NCBI GenBank assembly: GCA_963667845.2 | Contig: CAXXVL010000002.1 | Span: 960,001-1,024,000, forward strand | Direction of reading: 5' to 3' | Source: Smithellaceae bacterium | GTDB lineage: Bacteria; Desulfobacterota; Syntrophia; Syntrophales; Smithellaceae | DNA: 64,000 nt | In this document: one piece after another, positions 51,481 to 60,919 of the stretch | Layout: each line of letters opens with the position of its first letter | Position numbering within the stretch: the stretch's first letter is position 1 | The notes under the pieces: generated by a model | Database searches by the model: none | The model's input: only the letters and a program-made list of their open reading frames with translations | What the model was told of the DNA's origin: nothing | Translations under genes and position numbers: made by a program

Positions 51481-52572
51481 TTATTTTTGTCTTTTATAGA
51501 AAGGGAGCTTAACCACTATAGCCTCGCTTATCGTGTTGCGGATGGCAATGGATATTTTCGTATCCGGAGACGCGAATGCAACATCAACAAACGCCAGACC
51601 GATCGCTTTATTCAACGTCGGAGAAAAGGTGCCGGAAGTCACCAGGCCGATATCCCTACCGCTGCTGACCACCTTATAGCCATGGCGGGCAATGCCGCGT
51701 CCGGTCATCACAAATCCGACCAGCTTTTTTTGAATGCCGCGGTCCCGGATAGCGGAAAGAGCGGATTTGCCCGCAAAATCTTTATTCCAGTCCACGAGCC
51801 AGCTGTATGGCACTTCCAGCGGACTGATTTCGTCGGTAATATCCTGACCGTTGAGCATCATCCCCGCCTCCAGGCGCAGCGTGTCCCGGGCGCCCAGCCC
51901 CGCCGGTTTCATACCGGACGCCGTACCTGCTTCAATCAATCTGTCCCAGACGAGGCCAATCTTGTCGGCGGATGCATAAATTTCAAATCCATCCTCACCG
52001 GTATAGCCGCTGCGGGAAATGATAGCCGGAAGGCCCGTTACCTGTGATTCGATGAAATGGTAATATTGAAGTGTTTTTAAGTCAGCCGGCGTCAGCGCCT
52101 GTAAAATGGTTTGTGCGTGCGGTCCCTGCAAATCCAGCTTGCCGGTTTTGTCGCTGACATCCTCCATCCGGCAGTTGAATTTCTTTTCATCAAGAATCGA
52201 TTTGACGCGGTCAAAATCGCTTTCGCGTGTTGTTGCGTTGGTTACCAGCAGGTAGAATTCGTCCGTCATTTTGTATACGGTTAGATCATCGATAATGCCG
52301 CCCTTATCGTTGAGCAAGGCCGAGAGCTTAACCTGTCCGGTTTTCTGCCCCGCGAGATCCCGGGTCAACGCCGCCTGCAGAAGGTTTAACGCCTGCGGGC
52401 CCCTGATTTCAATTTCCCCCATGTGGCAGATATCGAAAAGCGAGGCATTGGCCCGGGTCGTCTTGTGTTCTTCAATGACGTTTGTATATTGAACGGGCAT
52501 GGCCCAGCCGCCGAAATCGATCACTTTTGCTTTCAAGGCAATATGCTTGTCGTATAAAGGCGTTTTCTTCAT
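51481..52572 (-). CDS. gcvT: Glycine cleavage aminomethyltransferase
   Basis: KKTPLY...FGGWAMPVQY, SRSGYTGEDGFE, GLGARDTLRLEAG. Confidence 0.96.
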   Translation of the reverse strand: MKKTPLYDKHIALKAKVIDFGGWAMPVQYTNVIEEHKTTRANASLFDICHMGEIEIRGPQALNLLQAALTRDLAGQKTGQVKLSALLNDKGGIIDDLTVYKMTDEFYLLVTNATTRESDFDRVKSILDEKKFNCRMEDVSDKTGKLDLQGPHAQTILQALTPADLKTLQYYHFIESQVTGLPAIISRSGYTGEDGFEIYASADKIGLVWDRLIEAGTASGMKPAGLGARDTLRLEAGMMLNGQDITDEISPLEVPYSWLVDWNKDFAGKSALSAIRDRGIQKKLVGFVMTGRGIARHGYKVVSSGRDIGLVTSGTFSPTLNKAIGLAFVDVAFASPDTKISIAIRNTISEAIVVKLPFYKRQK

Positions 52573-52602
52573 GGACGGTCCCCGTCTGAATGAATTTGGC
52601 GA

Positions 52603-53166
52603 TTATTTAAAAAGCTTATCAATTAAAGCCTGTTTGTCTTTCGGGTAGTAAAGATTGCCCGGATAATCCACAATAAGCGTGCCGTCCAGGTGATCAATCT
52701 CATGCTGCACAACCCTGGCGGTATAATCCAGATAACGCTTGCTGATTTTTTCACCCTTTTCGTTTAAGGCGCGGATCTTTATTTCCGGAAAGCGGCTGAC
52801 TTCAATTTGAATGTCCGGGCAGGACAGACATCCTTCCGCCGCTGTTTCTTTTTCACCGCGCGCCTGAGTAATGCGCGGGTTCACCAGTACGTCATAGTCA
52901 TCCGGACTCAGCTTTTTCTTGGTCTTGTCCACCGTCTTATTGCGGAAAATAATGATGCGCTTATTGATGCCGATTTGCGGGCCGGCCAGACCCGAGGCGT
53001 CGTCGCGACACGTAAAAGAATCGATGAGTGTCTTAATCTCTTCTCTTGCTTCTTTAGTAAGCGGCGCTTCTAATTCCACCGACTTCTTCCTTAAAACACT
53101 TGTGTCCGCTTCGTTGACACCTTCATTATTCCAGAGGGTTAAGACTCTTTTTGGGGCCATCTCCAT
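52603..53166 (-). CDS. def: Peptide deformylase
   Basis: GLAGPQIG, EGCLS, QHEIDHL. Confidence 0.92.
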   Translation of the reverse strand: MEMAPKRVLTLWNNEGVNEADTSVLRKKSVELEAPLTKEAREEIKTLIDSFTCRDDASGLAGPQIGINKRIIIFRNKTVDKTKKKLSPDDYDVLVNPRITQARGEKETAAEGCLSCPDIQIEVSRFPEIKIRALNEKGEKISKRYLDYTARVVQHEIDHLDGTLIVDYPGNLYYPKDKQALIDKLFK

Positions 53167-53306
53167 CACCGGTTAGGGAAATTTTCTTTTGGCCTATAAC
53201 ACCGATCGGATGTTATTTCAAGTAAACGAAGCTTGCAAATTTGTTCCATCTTTTGCTAAACAGATAATCCATTAATTTTACGATGATGAAAGATGGGAAA
53301 TGACTT

Positions 53307-54569
53307 GTGATTAATCAAATAGTTACCAATACAGTTAGAAAGCAATTTGCTCTCGCCCTTAATTTTCAAGAGGGTATCGCGCCCGTTCTTCCTGACTGCA
53401 CTGATGACAAACAACGTCTGCTTTATATCCATATTCCTTTTTGCGAAGAGCTTTGCCCTTATTGCTCTTTTCACAGGATTCGCCTCGACGAACACGTTGC
53501 CAGAAAATATCATATCGCCCTGCGCCGGGAAATCGCTCTTTACCGGCAAAAGGGCTATCGCTTTACCGGCATTTATGTGGGCGGCGGCACACCCACTGTC
53601 CTGGTTGAGGAATTGTCGGAGACCCTGCGGCTCGCCCGGGAGGTTTTTCCCATTACCTCCATTTCCGTAGAAACCAACCCCAATCACCTGACGGATGCCA
53701 ATATCGCCGTCCTGAAACAGGCGGGCGTCAACCGGCTCTCCGTGGGGGTGCAAACCTTCAACGATGATCTACTTAAAAAGATTGCGCGGTACGATAAATA
53801 CGGGTCGGGCGAAGAGATTGCCGGGCGTCTCGCCGACACCATGGGCAAGTTCGATACGCTGAACGCTGACATGATTTTTAATTTTCCCGAACAGACCGCC
53901 CCGATGCTCGAAGCCGATCTGGCAGTCTTAACGAAACTCGAGATGCAGCAAATCACTTTTTATCCTTTGATGGTTTCGACGCTGACTCAACGTCTGATGC
54001 AGGAGACGCTGGGCGAGGTCAATTTCCCGAGGGAGCAATCCTATTTTGATCTGATTCTCAGACGTCTGGAGCGCGACTATGATTCTTCTTCGGCCTGGTG
54101 TTTTTCGCGGAAGAAAGCCGCCCGGTCGCTGATTGATGAATACGTTGTGGATTTTGACGAATACGCGGGCCTGGGCAGCGGCGCGATCGGTTATCTGGGC
54201 GGCGTCTGCTACGCCAACACTTTTGACATCGACCGATACATTTCCGAGTTGATGCAAAGCAACCTGCCTCTTGGGGCGGCGCGGGAGTTCACTCTGCCCG
54301 ATCAGATGCGCTATGACTTTCTGATGAAACTGTTTGCCACCCGGATGAACGTCAAGGAACTGGAGAAGAAATACAGCGGTAAATTTTTCCGGACCCTGTG
54401 GAAGGAAATGGCCGCCTTTACGCTGGCCGGCTCGTTTCGCTATTTCCCCCCCAATCTGCACCTGACGCCGCGCGGGCGTTATCTGTGGGTCATCATGATG
54501 CGGGAATTTTTTATCGCCGTGAATAATTTTCGCGACTTCTGCCGCAGGCAGGCCGGACTGATTCCCTAG
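53307..54569 (+). CDS. HemN-like radical SAM protein
   Basis: LYIHIPFCEELCPYC, YVGGGTPT, RLSVGVQTF. Confidence 0.85.
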   Translation: MINQIVTNTVRKQFALALNFQEGIAPVLPDCTDDKQRLLYIHIPFCEELCPYCSFHRIRLDEHVARKYHIALRREIALYRQKGYRFTGIYVGGGTPTVLVEELSETLRLAREVFPITSISVETNPNHLTDANIAVLKQAGVNRLSVGVQTFNDDLLKKIARYDKYGSGEEIAGRLADTMGKFDTLNADMIFNFPEQTAPMLEADLAVLTKLEMQQITFYPLMVSTLTQRLMQETLGEVNFPREQSYFDLILRRLERDYDSSSAWCFSRKKAARSLIDEYVVDFDEYAGLGSGAIGYLGGVCYANTFDIDRYISELMQSNLPLGAAREFTLPDQMRYDFLMKLFATRMNVKELEKKYSGKFFRTLWKEMAAFTLAGSFRYFPPNLHLTPRGRYLWVIMMREFFIAVNNFRDFCRRQAGLIP

Positions 54570-54631
54570 AACAAGGGGTCTTGCCACCCGCAGGCTGGTT
54601 GCAACCCTGTTCTGCAAAGATGGAGAAAGTT

Positions 54632-56047
54632 ATGGATGACAAAAGAAAAGCAATGCTGAAAAATCTCCCGAAAATCGACGAAGTCATCGGACTGCTCGAA
54701 AAGCAGGGTATCTATGAAAAAGCATCCCGGGAAATCATCCTGGGCATATGCCGAGACGTCGTGCAGAAACTGCGCGATGACATCCTGACCGCTCAGGATA
54801 AACACCTGCCGACTGTTGCTTCCGATGCGGCGGCGGCCGCCCGAAGCGTCGTGGAGATTGTCGATGACCTGTATCGCTACAAATTACGCAGGCTCGTCAA
54901 CGCCACCGGGGTGATTTTGCATACCAATCTGGGGCGCGCGCCTCTGTGCCCCGAAGCCCTGGATCGAATTGCCGAGGTGGGGCGCGGCTACTCCAACCTG
55001 GAGTTTAACCTGGATCAAGGCTCGCGCGGTCTGCGTTACGACCACGTGAGCCGGCTGATCTGTGTGCTTGCCGGCGCGGAGGATGCCCTGATCGTCAACA
55101 ACAATGCGGGCGCCGTCTTGCTCGTGCTTAATACGCTGGCTGAAAATAAAGAGGCGATTGTCTCGCGCGGCGAATTGATTGAAATCGGCGGGGAGTTTCG
55201 TATTCCGGATGTCATGACCAAAAGCAATTCCATTCTGCGGGAAGTGGGAACCACCAACCGCACGCGTCTCGCTGATTACGAGAAAGCCATCGGCCCGAAC
55301 ACCGGCGTGATCTTAAAAGTCCATACCAGCAATTACCGGATTGTCGGATTTACCGAAGAAGCCGAACTTACGCCGCTGGTCGCGCTCGGCAAACAACACG
55401 GAATCCCGGTCTTCGACGATCTGGGCAGTGGTTGCCTGATTGATCTGGAACAATACGGTCTCACACATGAGCCGACCGTTCGCGAAGTGCTGGCGTCCGA
55501 GGTCGATGTCGTGACGTTCAGCGGCGACAAACTTCTGGGCGGACCCCAGGCGGGCATTATCGTCGGCAAAAAAGATATTTTGGCACGCATTAAAAAGAAT
55601 CCGCTTAACCGCGCTCTCAGGATCGACAAATTCACTCTGGCTGCGCTGGAAGCGACGCTGATGCACTATCTGGCCGGAGCGGACGCAGCCATCAAATTGC
55701 GATCCCTGAAAGCGTTGACCGAGCCGTTAAGCGACGTCAAAAAGCGGGCGCGCAAGCTTGCCAACAGGCTGAACAAAGCCAATATCCCCGGCCTGACATA
55801 CGAAATTCGTGAAGGCGCGGCTGCCGCAGGCGGCGGGTCCCTTCCGACGCAGGTTATTCCGTCGGTGGTTGTCGCCGTCAAACACGAAAAGATCTCGTCG
55901 AGCCGGATGGAATCAAAGCTGCGCCAGGCGACGATGCCCGTTATCGTTCGCGTCGACGAGAATGAAATTCTTCTCGATCTGCGCACCGTAGCCGAAGAAG
56001 AGTTTTGCTTCGTGATTGACGGACTGCGGGAGATTTTGGCCCACTGA
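54632..56047 (+). CDS. selA: L-seryl-tRNA(Sec) selenium transferase
   Basis: NATGVILHTNLGRAP, EIGGEFRIPD, FSGDKLLGGPQAG. Confidence 0.96.
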   Translation: MDDKRKAMLKNLPKIDEVIGLLEKQGIYEKASREIILGICRDVVQKLRDDILTAQDKHLPTVASDAAAAARSVVEIVDDLYRYKLRRLVNATGVILHTNLGRAPLCPEALDRIAEVGRGYSNLEFNLDQGSRGLRYDHVSRLICVLAGAEDALIVNNNAGAVLLVLNTLAENKEAIVSRGELIEIGGEFRIPDVMTKSNSILREVGTTNRTRLADYEKAIGPNTGVILKVHTSNYRIVGFTEEAELTPLVALGKQHGIPVFDDLGSGCLIDLEQYGLTHEPTVREVLASEVDVVTFSGDKLLGGPQAGIIVGKKDILARIKKNPLNRALRIDKFTLAALEATLMHYLAGADAAIKLRSLKALTEPLSDVKKRARKLANRLNKANIPGLTYEIREGAAAAGGGSLPTQVIPSVVVAVKHEKISSSRMESKLRQATMPVIVRVDENEILLDLRTVAEEEFCFVIDGLREILAH

Positions 56048-56143
56048 CGTTTCGGTCTCCTGTTTGCACGTTTACTGAAAGGGGCGTGGCCTCGTTCAGG
56101 ATTGGCGGGGGATAACCAAACTTAGCCGCGGAGGAGTAATATT

Positions 56144-57172
56144 TTGTCTGGTGAAGCCCAACAGCCCAGAGACTTATCCTTTATCGTAAGCCCGCTGCAG
56201 GCCGGCTTTCGTCTGGATGTTTTTCTGGCGCAGGCGGACGAATCATTTTCCCGCTCGCAGATTAAAAACGCCATCGCAGAAGGCGACGTGACGGTCAACG
56301 GCAAAGAGCCGAAAGTCAGTCAGCATCTGAAAGCGGGAGATGTTGTGGACCTTCATCTGGAGCCGGCAATTGTTGCAGTCGCGATTCCACAGGACATTCC
56401 TTTAAATATTGTTTATGAAGATGCGTCCATCATTGTGATTAATAAACCGGCGGGTATGGTCGTGCATCCTGCGCCGGGCAATCCGGACAACACGCTGGTC
56501 AACGCACTCCTCTTTCACTGCCATGATTTGTCGGGAATCGGCGGCGTTCTCAGGCCGGGGATTGTACACCGGCTGGATAAGGAAACGTCCGGTCTGATCG
56601 TAGCGGCAAAATCCGATGAGGCGCATCGCCGGCTTTCGGGGCAGTTTGAAAAACATGACGTGCATAAGAAATATATCGCACTGGTCTGGGGTGATGTGAA
56701 AGGGCAGAGCGGCGAAATCGTTCTGCCGGTGGGGCGCCATCCCGTGGACCGTAAAAAGATGTCCACGAAAAGCCGGCACGGCAAAGACGCGTTGACGCTC
56801 TGGAAGGTGCGTGAACGCTTCGGTACGGCAACACTACTGGATATCGAAATCAAAACCGGCCGGACACATCAGATCCGCGTCCATCTTACCGAGCGGGGCT
56901 ACCCGGTCATAGGCGATGCGGTTTACGGAAACACATCCAAGTTGCAATCGATCAAGAATGCGGCGCTGAAGGCGGCCATCAAGTCCCTGGACCGCCAGGC
57001 GCTGCATGCCGCTCAACTTTCTTTTCTGCATCCGCAAAGCAATGAGCGCATGGTTTTTACCGCGCCGCTTCCCCCGGATATAGAAAACCTGCTCACCGTG
57101 TTTCGCGCGGCCACGCCCGGTTACATTGCGGAATCCGGTTTACAAACCTGGAAGGATAAGTTAAAAGGATAG
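56144..57172 (+). CDS. rluD: RluA/RluD family 23S rRNA pseudouridine synthase
   Basis: S4 domain, NKPAGMVVHP, HRLDKETSG, TGRTHQIRVH. Confidence 0.88.
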   Translation: MSGEAQQPRDLSFIVSPLQAGFRLDVFLAQADESFSRSQIKNAIAEGDVTVNGKEPKVSQHLKAGDVVDLHLEPAIVAVAIPQDIPLNIVYEDASIIVINKPAGMVVHPAPGNPDNTLVNALLFHCHDLSGIGGVLRPGIVHRLDKETSGLIVAAKSDEAHRRLSGQFEKHDVHKKYIALVWGDVKGQSGEIVLPVGRHPVDRKKMSTKSRHGKDALTLWKVRERFGTATLLDIEIKTGRTHQIRVHLTERGYPVIGDAVYGNTSKLQSIKNAALKAAIKSLDRQALHAAQLSFLHPQSNERMVFTAPLPPDIENLLTVFRAATPGYIAESGLQTWKDKLKG

Positions 57173-57174
57173 AC

Positions 57175-58029
57175 ATGTTTTCTCTGAAAAAGAAGAATTC
57201 CATTGCCTATCTGCAGGCGCCGCTTCTCGCGGGGTGTGATTTTCTGATGCACGCGTTTTGTACCAGGAGGGGAGGCGCATCCCGGGATGACTATAAAAGC
57301 CTTAATATGAGTTTTCGCGAAGGCGATGAGGAGCTCCACGTCCTGGCCAACTGGGAAAAACTCTCTCGGTCGTTTGCCATCCCCATGGAAAATTTCCTCG
57401 TCCTCAATCAGGTTCACGGCGACAATATTTTTATCATCAAACCGCACGGTGATTATTTCACATCGGGCGACGCGCTCAACTATGATGCCATCGTGACCAG
57501 CCGGACCGATCTTGCCATTTGCGTCAAGACGGCGGATTGTGTGCCGGTTTTCCTTGTGGACCGGATTAAGAAAGTGATTGCCGCCGTGCACGCGGGATGG
57601 CGCGGGTCCGCCCTCGGGATTACTGCAAAGAGTATCCGATTAATGCAAAATCAGTATGGCTCCCAGCCCCGGGATCTGCTGGCGGCCATCGGACCATCCA
57701 TCGGCCGTTGCTGCTACGAAGTCGATGCCGCTGCCGCCGACGCATTTAGCAACAAAAACAATGCGGGCGACTTCCTGTTACCGGGGAAGCGAAAAGACCG
57801 GTGGATACTTGACCTGATGGAGGCCAACCGGCGCCAGATTCTGGATTGCGGCGTTCCCGATACTCAAATTGAAACATCGGGTCTGTGCACAGCCTGCCAT
57901 CCGGACGCTTTCTTTTCGCATCGCGGATCGGGCGGCGTCACCGGACGGCAGATCAATTTCATGATGATTAAAGGTGATCTGCGCTCTCCGGGGCTCTGGG
58001 TCGAAGACGATCCGCTGCTCATTCATTAA
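57175..58029 (+). CDS. pgeF: PgeF/YfiH purine nucleoside phosphorylase-like protein
   Basis: QVHG, TADCVPV, HAGWRG, IGPSIGRCCYEV, FFSHR; follows rluD. Confidence 0.9.
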   Translation: MFSLKKKNSIAYLQAPLLAGCDFLMHAFCTRRGGASRDDYKSLNMSFREGDEELHVLANWEKLSRSFAIPMENFLVLNQVHGDNIFIIKPHGDYFTSGDALNYDAIVTSRTDLAICVKTADCVPVFLVDRIKKVIAAVHAGWRGSALGITAKSIRLMQNQYGSQPRDLLAAIGPSIGRCCYEVDAAAADAFSNKNNAGDFLLPGKRKDRWILDLMEANRRQILDCGVPDTQIETSGLCTACHPDAFFSHRGSGGVTGRQINFMMIKGDLRSPGLWVEDDPLLIH

Positions 58030-58056
58030 ATCCCAACAGCGATGAAAGGGGGCCTG

Positions 58057-59424
58057 ATGAATCTCAATCCTTTGTTCCAACCGAAAACGATGGCGGTGAT
58101 CGGTATTTCCGCGACGAATGACCGCCACCCCGCCAATGTCATTTTTGCCAAAAACAACCATCGCTATCCCATTGAGATGTTTGCCGTTAACCCGAAAGGC
58201 GGCAGCCTCCACACGGAAGTTATTTACCCGCGCCTGGCGGATATTCCCCGAAAGATCGATTTGGCCGTCATTGCTACGCGGGCCGAGCTGGTGCCGGACG
58301 TCATGGCAGAGTGTATCAAAGTCGGAGCGAAATCGGCGATCGTTATTTCCGGCGGATTTACCGAAGGCGGGCGCAAAGACCTGCAGGACCGGATTGTCAG
58401 CATGGCCAGAGAAGCCCGCTTCCCTTTCATCGGCCCGAACTGTCTGGGTGTTTACGTTCCGCTGGCTGTTGATACTTTCTTCCTGCCGATCGAGCGCATG
58501 ATCAAGCCGGAAACCGGCGGCGTGGCGTTTGTCAGTCAGAGCGGCGGGATCCTCGTTGACCAAATGATCAAGTTCACCCAGCAGGGCGTCGGCATGGCCA
58601 AAGCCGTCAGCATCGGCAATAAAGCCGTCATCGGGGAAAAAGAACTGCTCGCCTATCTCATCCGCGATCCGGCCACCAGGGTGATTGCCTATTACATCGA
58701 AGGATTCGGGAAAGACGAAGGCCGGGAATTTGTGCTGGCGGCGAATGACTGCCCCAAGCCCGTTGTCATTATGAAATCCGGAAAGACCCCCGGCGGGAAC
58801 CGCGCCGTCTCCAGCCACACAGCTTCCCTGGCCGGCGACTACGCCAGTTTTTCCGCAGCAATCGCGCAGCATAATATTCTGGAGGCCGTGGATGAAAATG
58901 AACTGGTTGCTTACTGTGAAGTCCTGAGTTCTTACACCAAACCGATTCAAGGCAACATCGGCATCATCACCGGCAGCGGCGGCCACGGAGCGATGACGGT
59001 CGACGCCTGCTCGCTTGCCGGAATCAATGTCCCGGAATTGTCTGCCGAGACGAGGGCCGAGATCGCGAAAAATATCTCGGGCAGCATTCAGTCCATTGCA
59101 TCGCTTGCCAACCCCGTAGATCTCACCGGCAGCGCGGTTGATGATGATTTTGTCGCGTGCGCCGGAGTCATGGGTGCTTCCCCCGAAGTCGATTGTGTGA
59201 TCGTCTTGCTGCTGCCGTACATTCCCGGGATGACGCTGGATATCGGCGTGAAATTAAGCAGCGTGAGCAAGCAGTTCAGCAAACCGTTTATCGCCTATGT
59301 GCCGCAGGTGGAAAAGTACAACATGCTCATTGAGGGATTTGAATTGAACGGCATTCCGGTATCGCCGTCCATTGAAGGCGCCGTGCTGATGGCCAAGGCG
59401 CTTGTGAGGAGAAAACCGTGCTGA
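58057..59424 (+). CDS. ADP-forming acyl(acetate)-CoA synthetase, CoA-binding alpha subunit
   Basis: GPNCLG, SQSGG, SHTASLAG (phospho-His), NPVDLTG. Confidence 0.88.
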   Translation: MNLNPLFQPKTMAVIGISATNDRHPANVIFAKNNHRYPIEMFAVNPKGGSLHTEVIYPRLADIPRKIDLAVIATRAELVPDVMAECIKVGAKSAIVISGGFTEGGRKDLQDRIVSMAREARFPFIGPNCLGVYVPLAVDTFFLPIERMIKPETGGVAFVSQSGGILVDQMIKFTQQGVGMAKAVSIGNKAVIGEKELLAYLIRDPATRVIAYYIEGFGKDEGREFVLAANDCPKPVVIMKSGKTPGGNRAVSSHTASLAGDYASFSAAIAQHNILEAVDENELVAYCEVLSSYTKPIQGNIGIITGSGGHGAMTVDACSLAGINVPELSAETRAEIAKNISGSIQSIASLANPVDLTGSAVDDDFVACAGVMGASPEVDCVIVLLLPYIPGMTLDIGVKLSSVSKQFSKPFIAYVPQVEKYNMLIEGFELNGIPVSPSIEGAVLMAKALVRRKPC

Positions 59425-60095
59425 AAAAAGAAATCAGAGATATCCTTTTGAGATCAAAAAAGTGGGGATGGGTGCTGGAGCCTGATGCGCAGAAAATTTT
59501 TTCGCTCCGGGGCTTCAAAACGCCGCGGTACGAAGTTGCGATATCGAATGAGCAGGCCACGGCGATTGCCCGACGCATCGGTTATCCGGTGGTTGCCAAA
59601 ATCGTCTCACCGGCGATTATTCATAAATCTGATGTCCGAGGCGTCGTGGTCGGCATTAAAGATGACGAGACGCTGATCGAGACGCTCGATCGTTTTCGCC
59701 GGATGGACGGCTTTAGGGGCATGCTGATTGCGGAGATTGTCAAAGGCCTGGAACTCATCATCGGCGCGAAGAACGATTTTCAGTTCGGTCCAATGGTCCT
59801 CCTGGGGATGGGCGGCGTGGGCGTGGAGATTTACAAAGACGTTTCTTTGAGAATGGCGCCGCTCACGGCGCGGTGCGCCGATCACATGATTAATGGGCTT
59901 GCCGCCCGGAAGCTCCTTTCCGGCTATCGCGGAGCGGAGCCCGTTAATCTGAATGCGCTTAAAAAGACCATCGTTAACTTCTCCCGGTTGATGATGGAAT
60001 TAAAAGACGAGATCGAGTCGGTGGACCTCAATCCGGTCATGTGCACGGCGAAAACCTGCATCGTTGCCGATGCGCGGATCATGCTGAAGAAATGA
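59418..60095 (+). CDS. ADP-forming acyl-CoA synthetase, ATP-grasp beta subunit
   Basis: GYPVVAKIVSP.IIHKSD, FGPMVLLGMGG, DLNPV...ADARI. Confidence 0.88.
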   Translation: MLKKEIRDILLRSKKWGWVLEPDAQKIFSLRGFKTPRYEVAISNEQATAIARRIGYPVVAKIVSPAIIHKSDVRGVVVGIKDDETLIETLDRFRRMDGFRGMLIAEIVKGLELIIGAKNDFQFGPMVLLGMGGVGVEIYKDVSLRMAPLTARCADHMINGLAARKLLSGYRGAEPVNLNALKKTIVNFSRLMMELKDEIESVDLNPVMCTAKTCIVADARIMLKK

Positions 60096-60919
60096 ATCCG
60101 GCCTCATGTTTGGCATAGGGTCAGTATTGCCAAAGAATCTCAATGGGAGCGAAAGAATAAAGTCGTGATTTTCCGGATATCAAAAATATCCCATTCGGCA
60201 GGTCGTCACGAAAAACGGCAAGAAGTGTTTTTGGAAAAAAAAGGGCGGATCTTTAACGATCACGCCCTGGCTTAAGGTTTAGTTGAAAGGTTTACACTTT
60301 ATCGCCCCTTTTTCCGGTTTTTTTCCCGTTGAGCGGTCGCCAGTTCCGAAGATTGCCATTTCAGCCGCAGCGACAGGTTCTTACGGTCAATCTCCCAACC
60401 ATAAAAACCAGTGTCTATCTTTGTGACTAGAAAATACCACCATATATAGATGTTGTCAATATTTTATATACTAGATATCGTATAAGGCGAAAATTCCAAA
60501 TCTTCTTAAAGATAATCGGCCCCAAGGCGGCATGACAGGGGGCGGCTCTTCTAAAGGATAAATGGCGGGTGCCGGATCCGTGCCACATATAATCCATCTT
60601 AATTTTCAGGCCGGTCATTGAAGTCGTCAAAAAGATCGCAAGCGAACAATTTTGGAAACACTGGCATCATCTTTCGCAGGGTGTCCTTTATATACATCCC
60701 GGCTGATTCCTGTTTCCGGACCCGGCCATTAATCTTTATTGACAGTCCAGTCTTTTCAGTATTACACAATCAGCGAGTTCACTTGGCTTCCCGTGACAGG
60801 GATCGGCTTTTTTCATTAATCGATTTTGCAGCGCCGTCGACCTTCTGCAGGCTACGGCCGCTTCTGCGAATACAACCGGGTAAGATCATCAAAACAGGAA
60901 TCATTGTTGAGGTAAAGAA

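Noticed and set aside
54632..56047. Selenocysteine read-through in window genes, given selA
   Set aside because: No gene showed an in-frame TGA at a conserved Cys position; proteins end at expected lengths.
60096..60919. ~820-bp intergenic region as a riboswitch, ncRNA or small gene
   Set aside because: No recognisable aptamer or convincing ORF by eye; an Rfam search would be needed.
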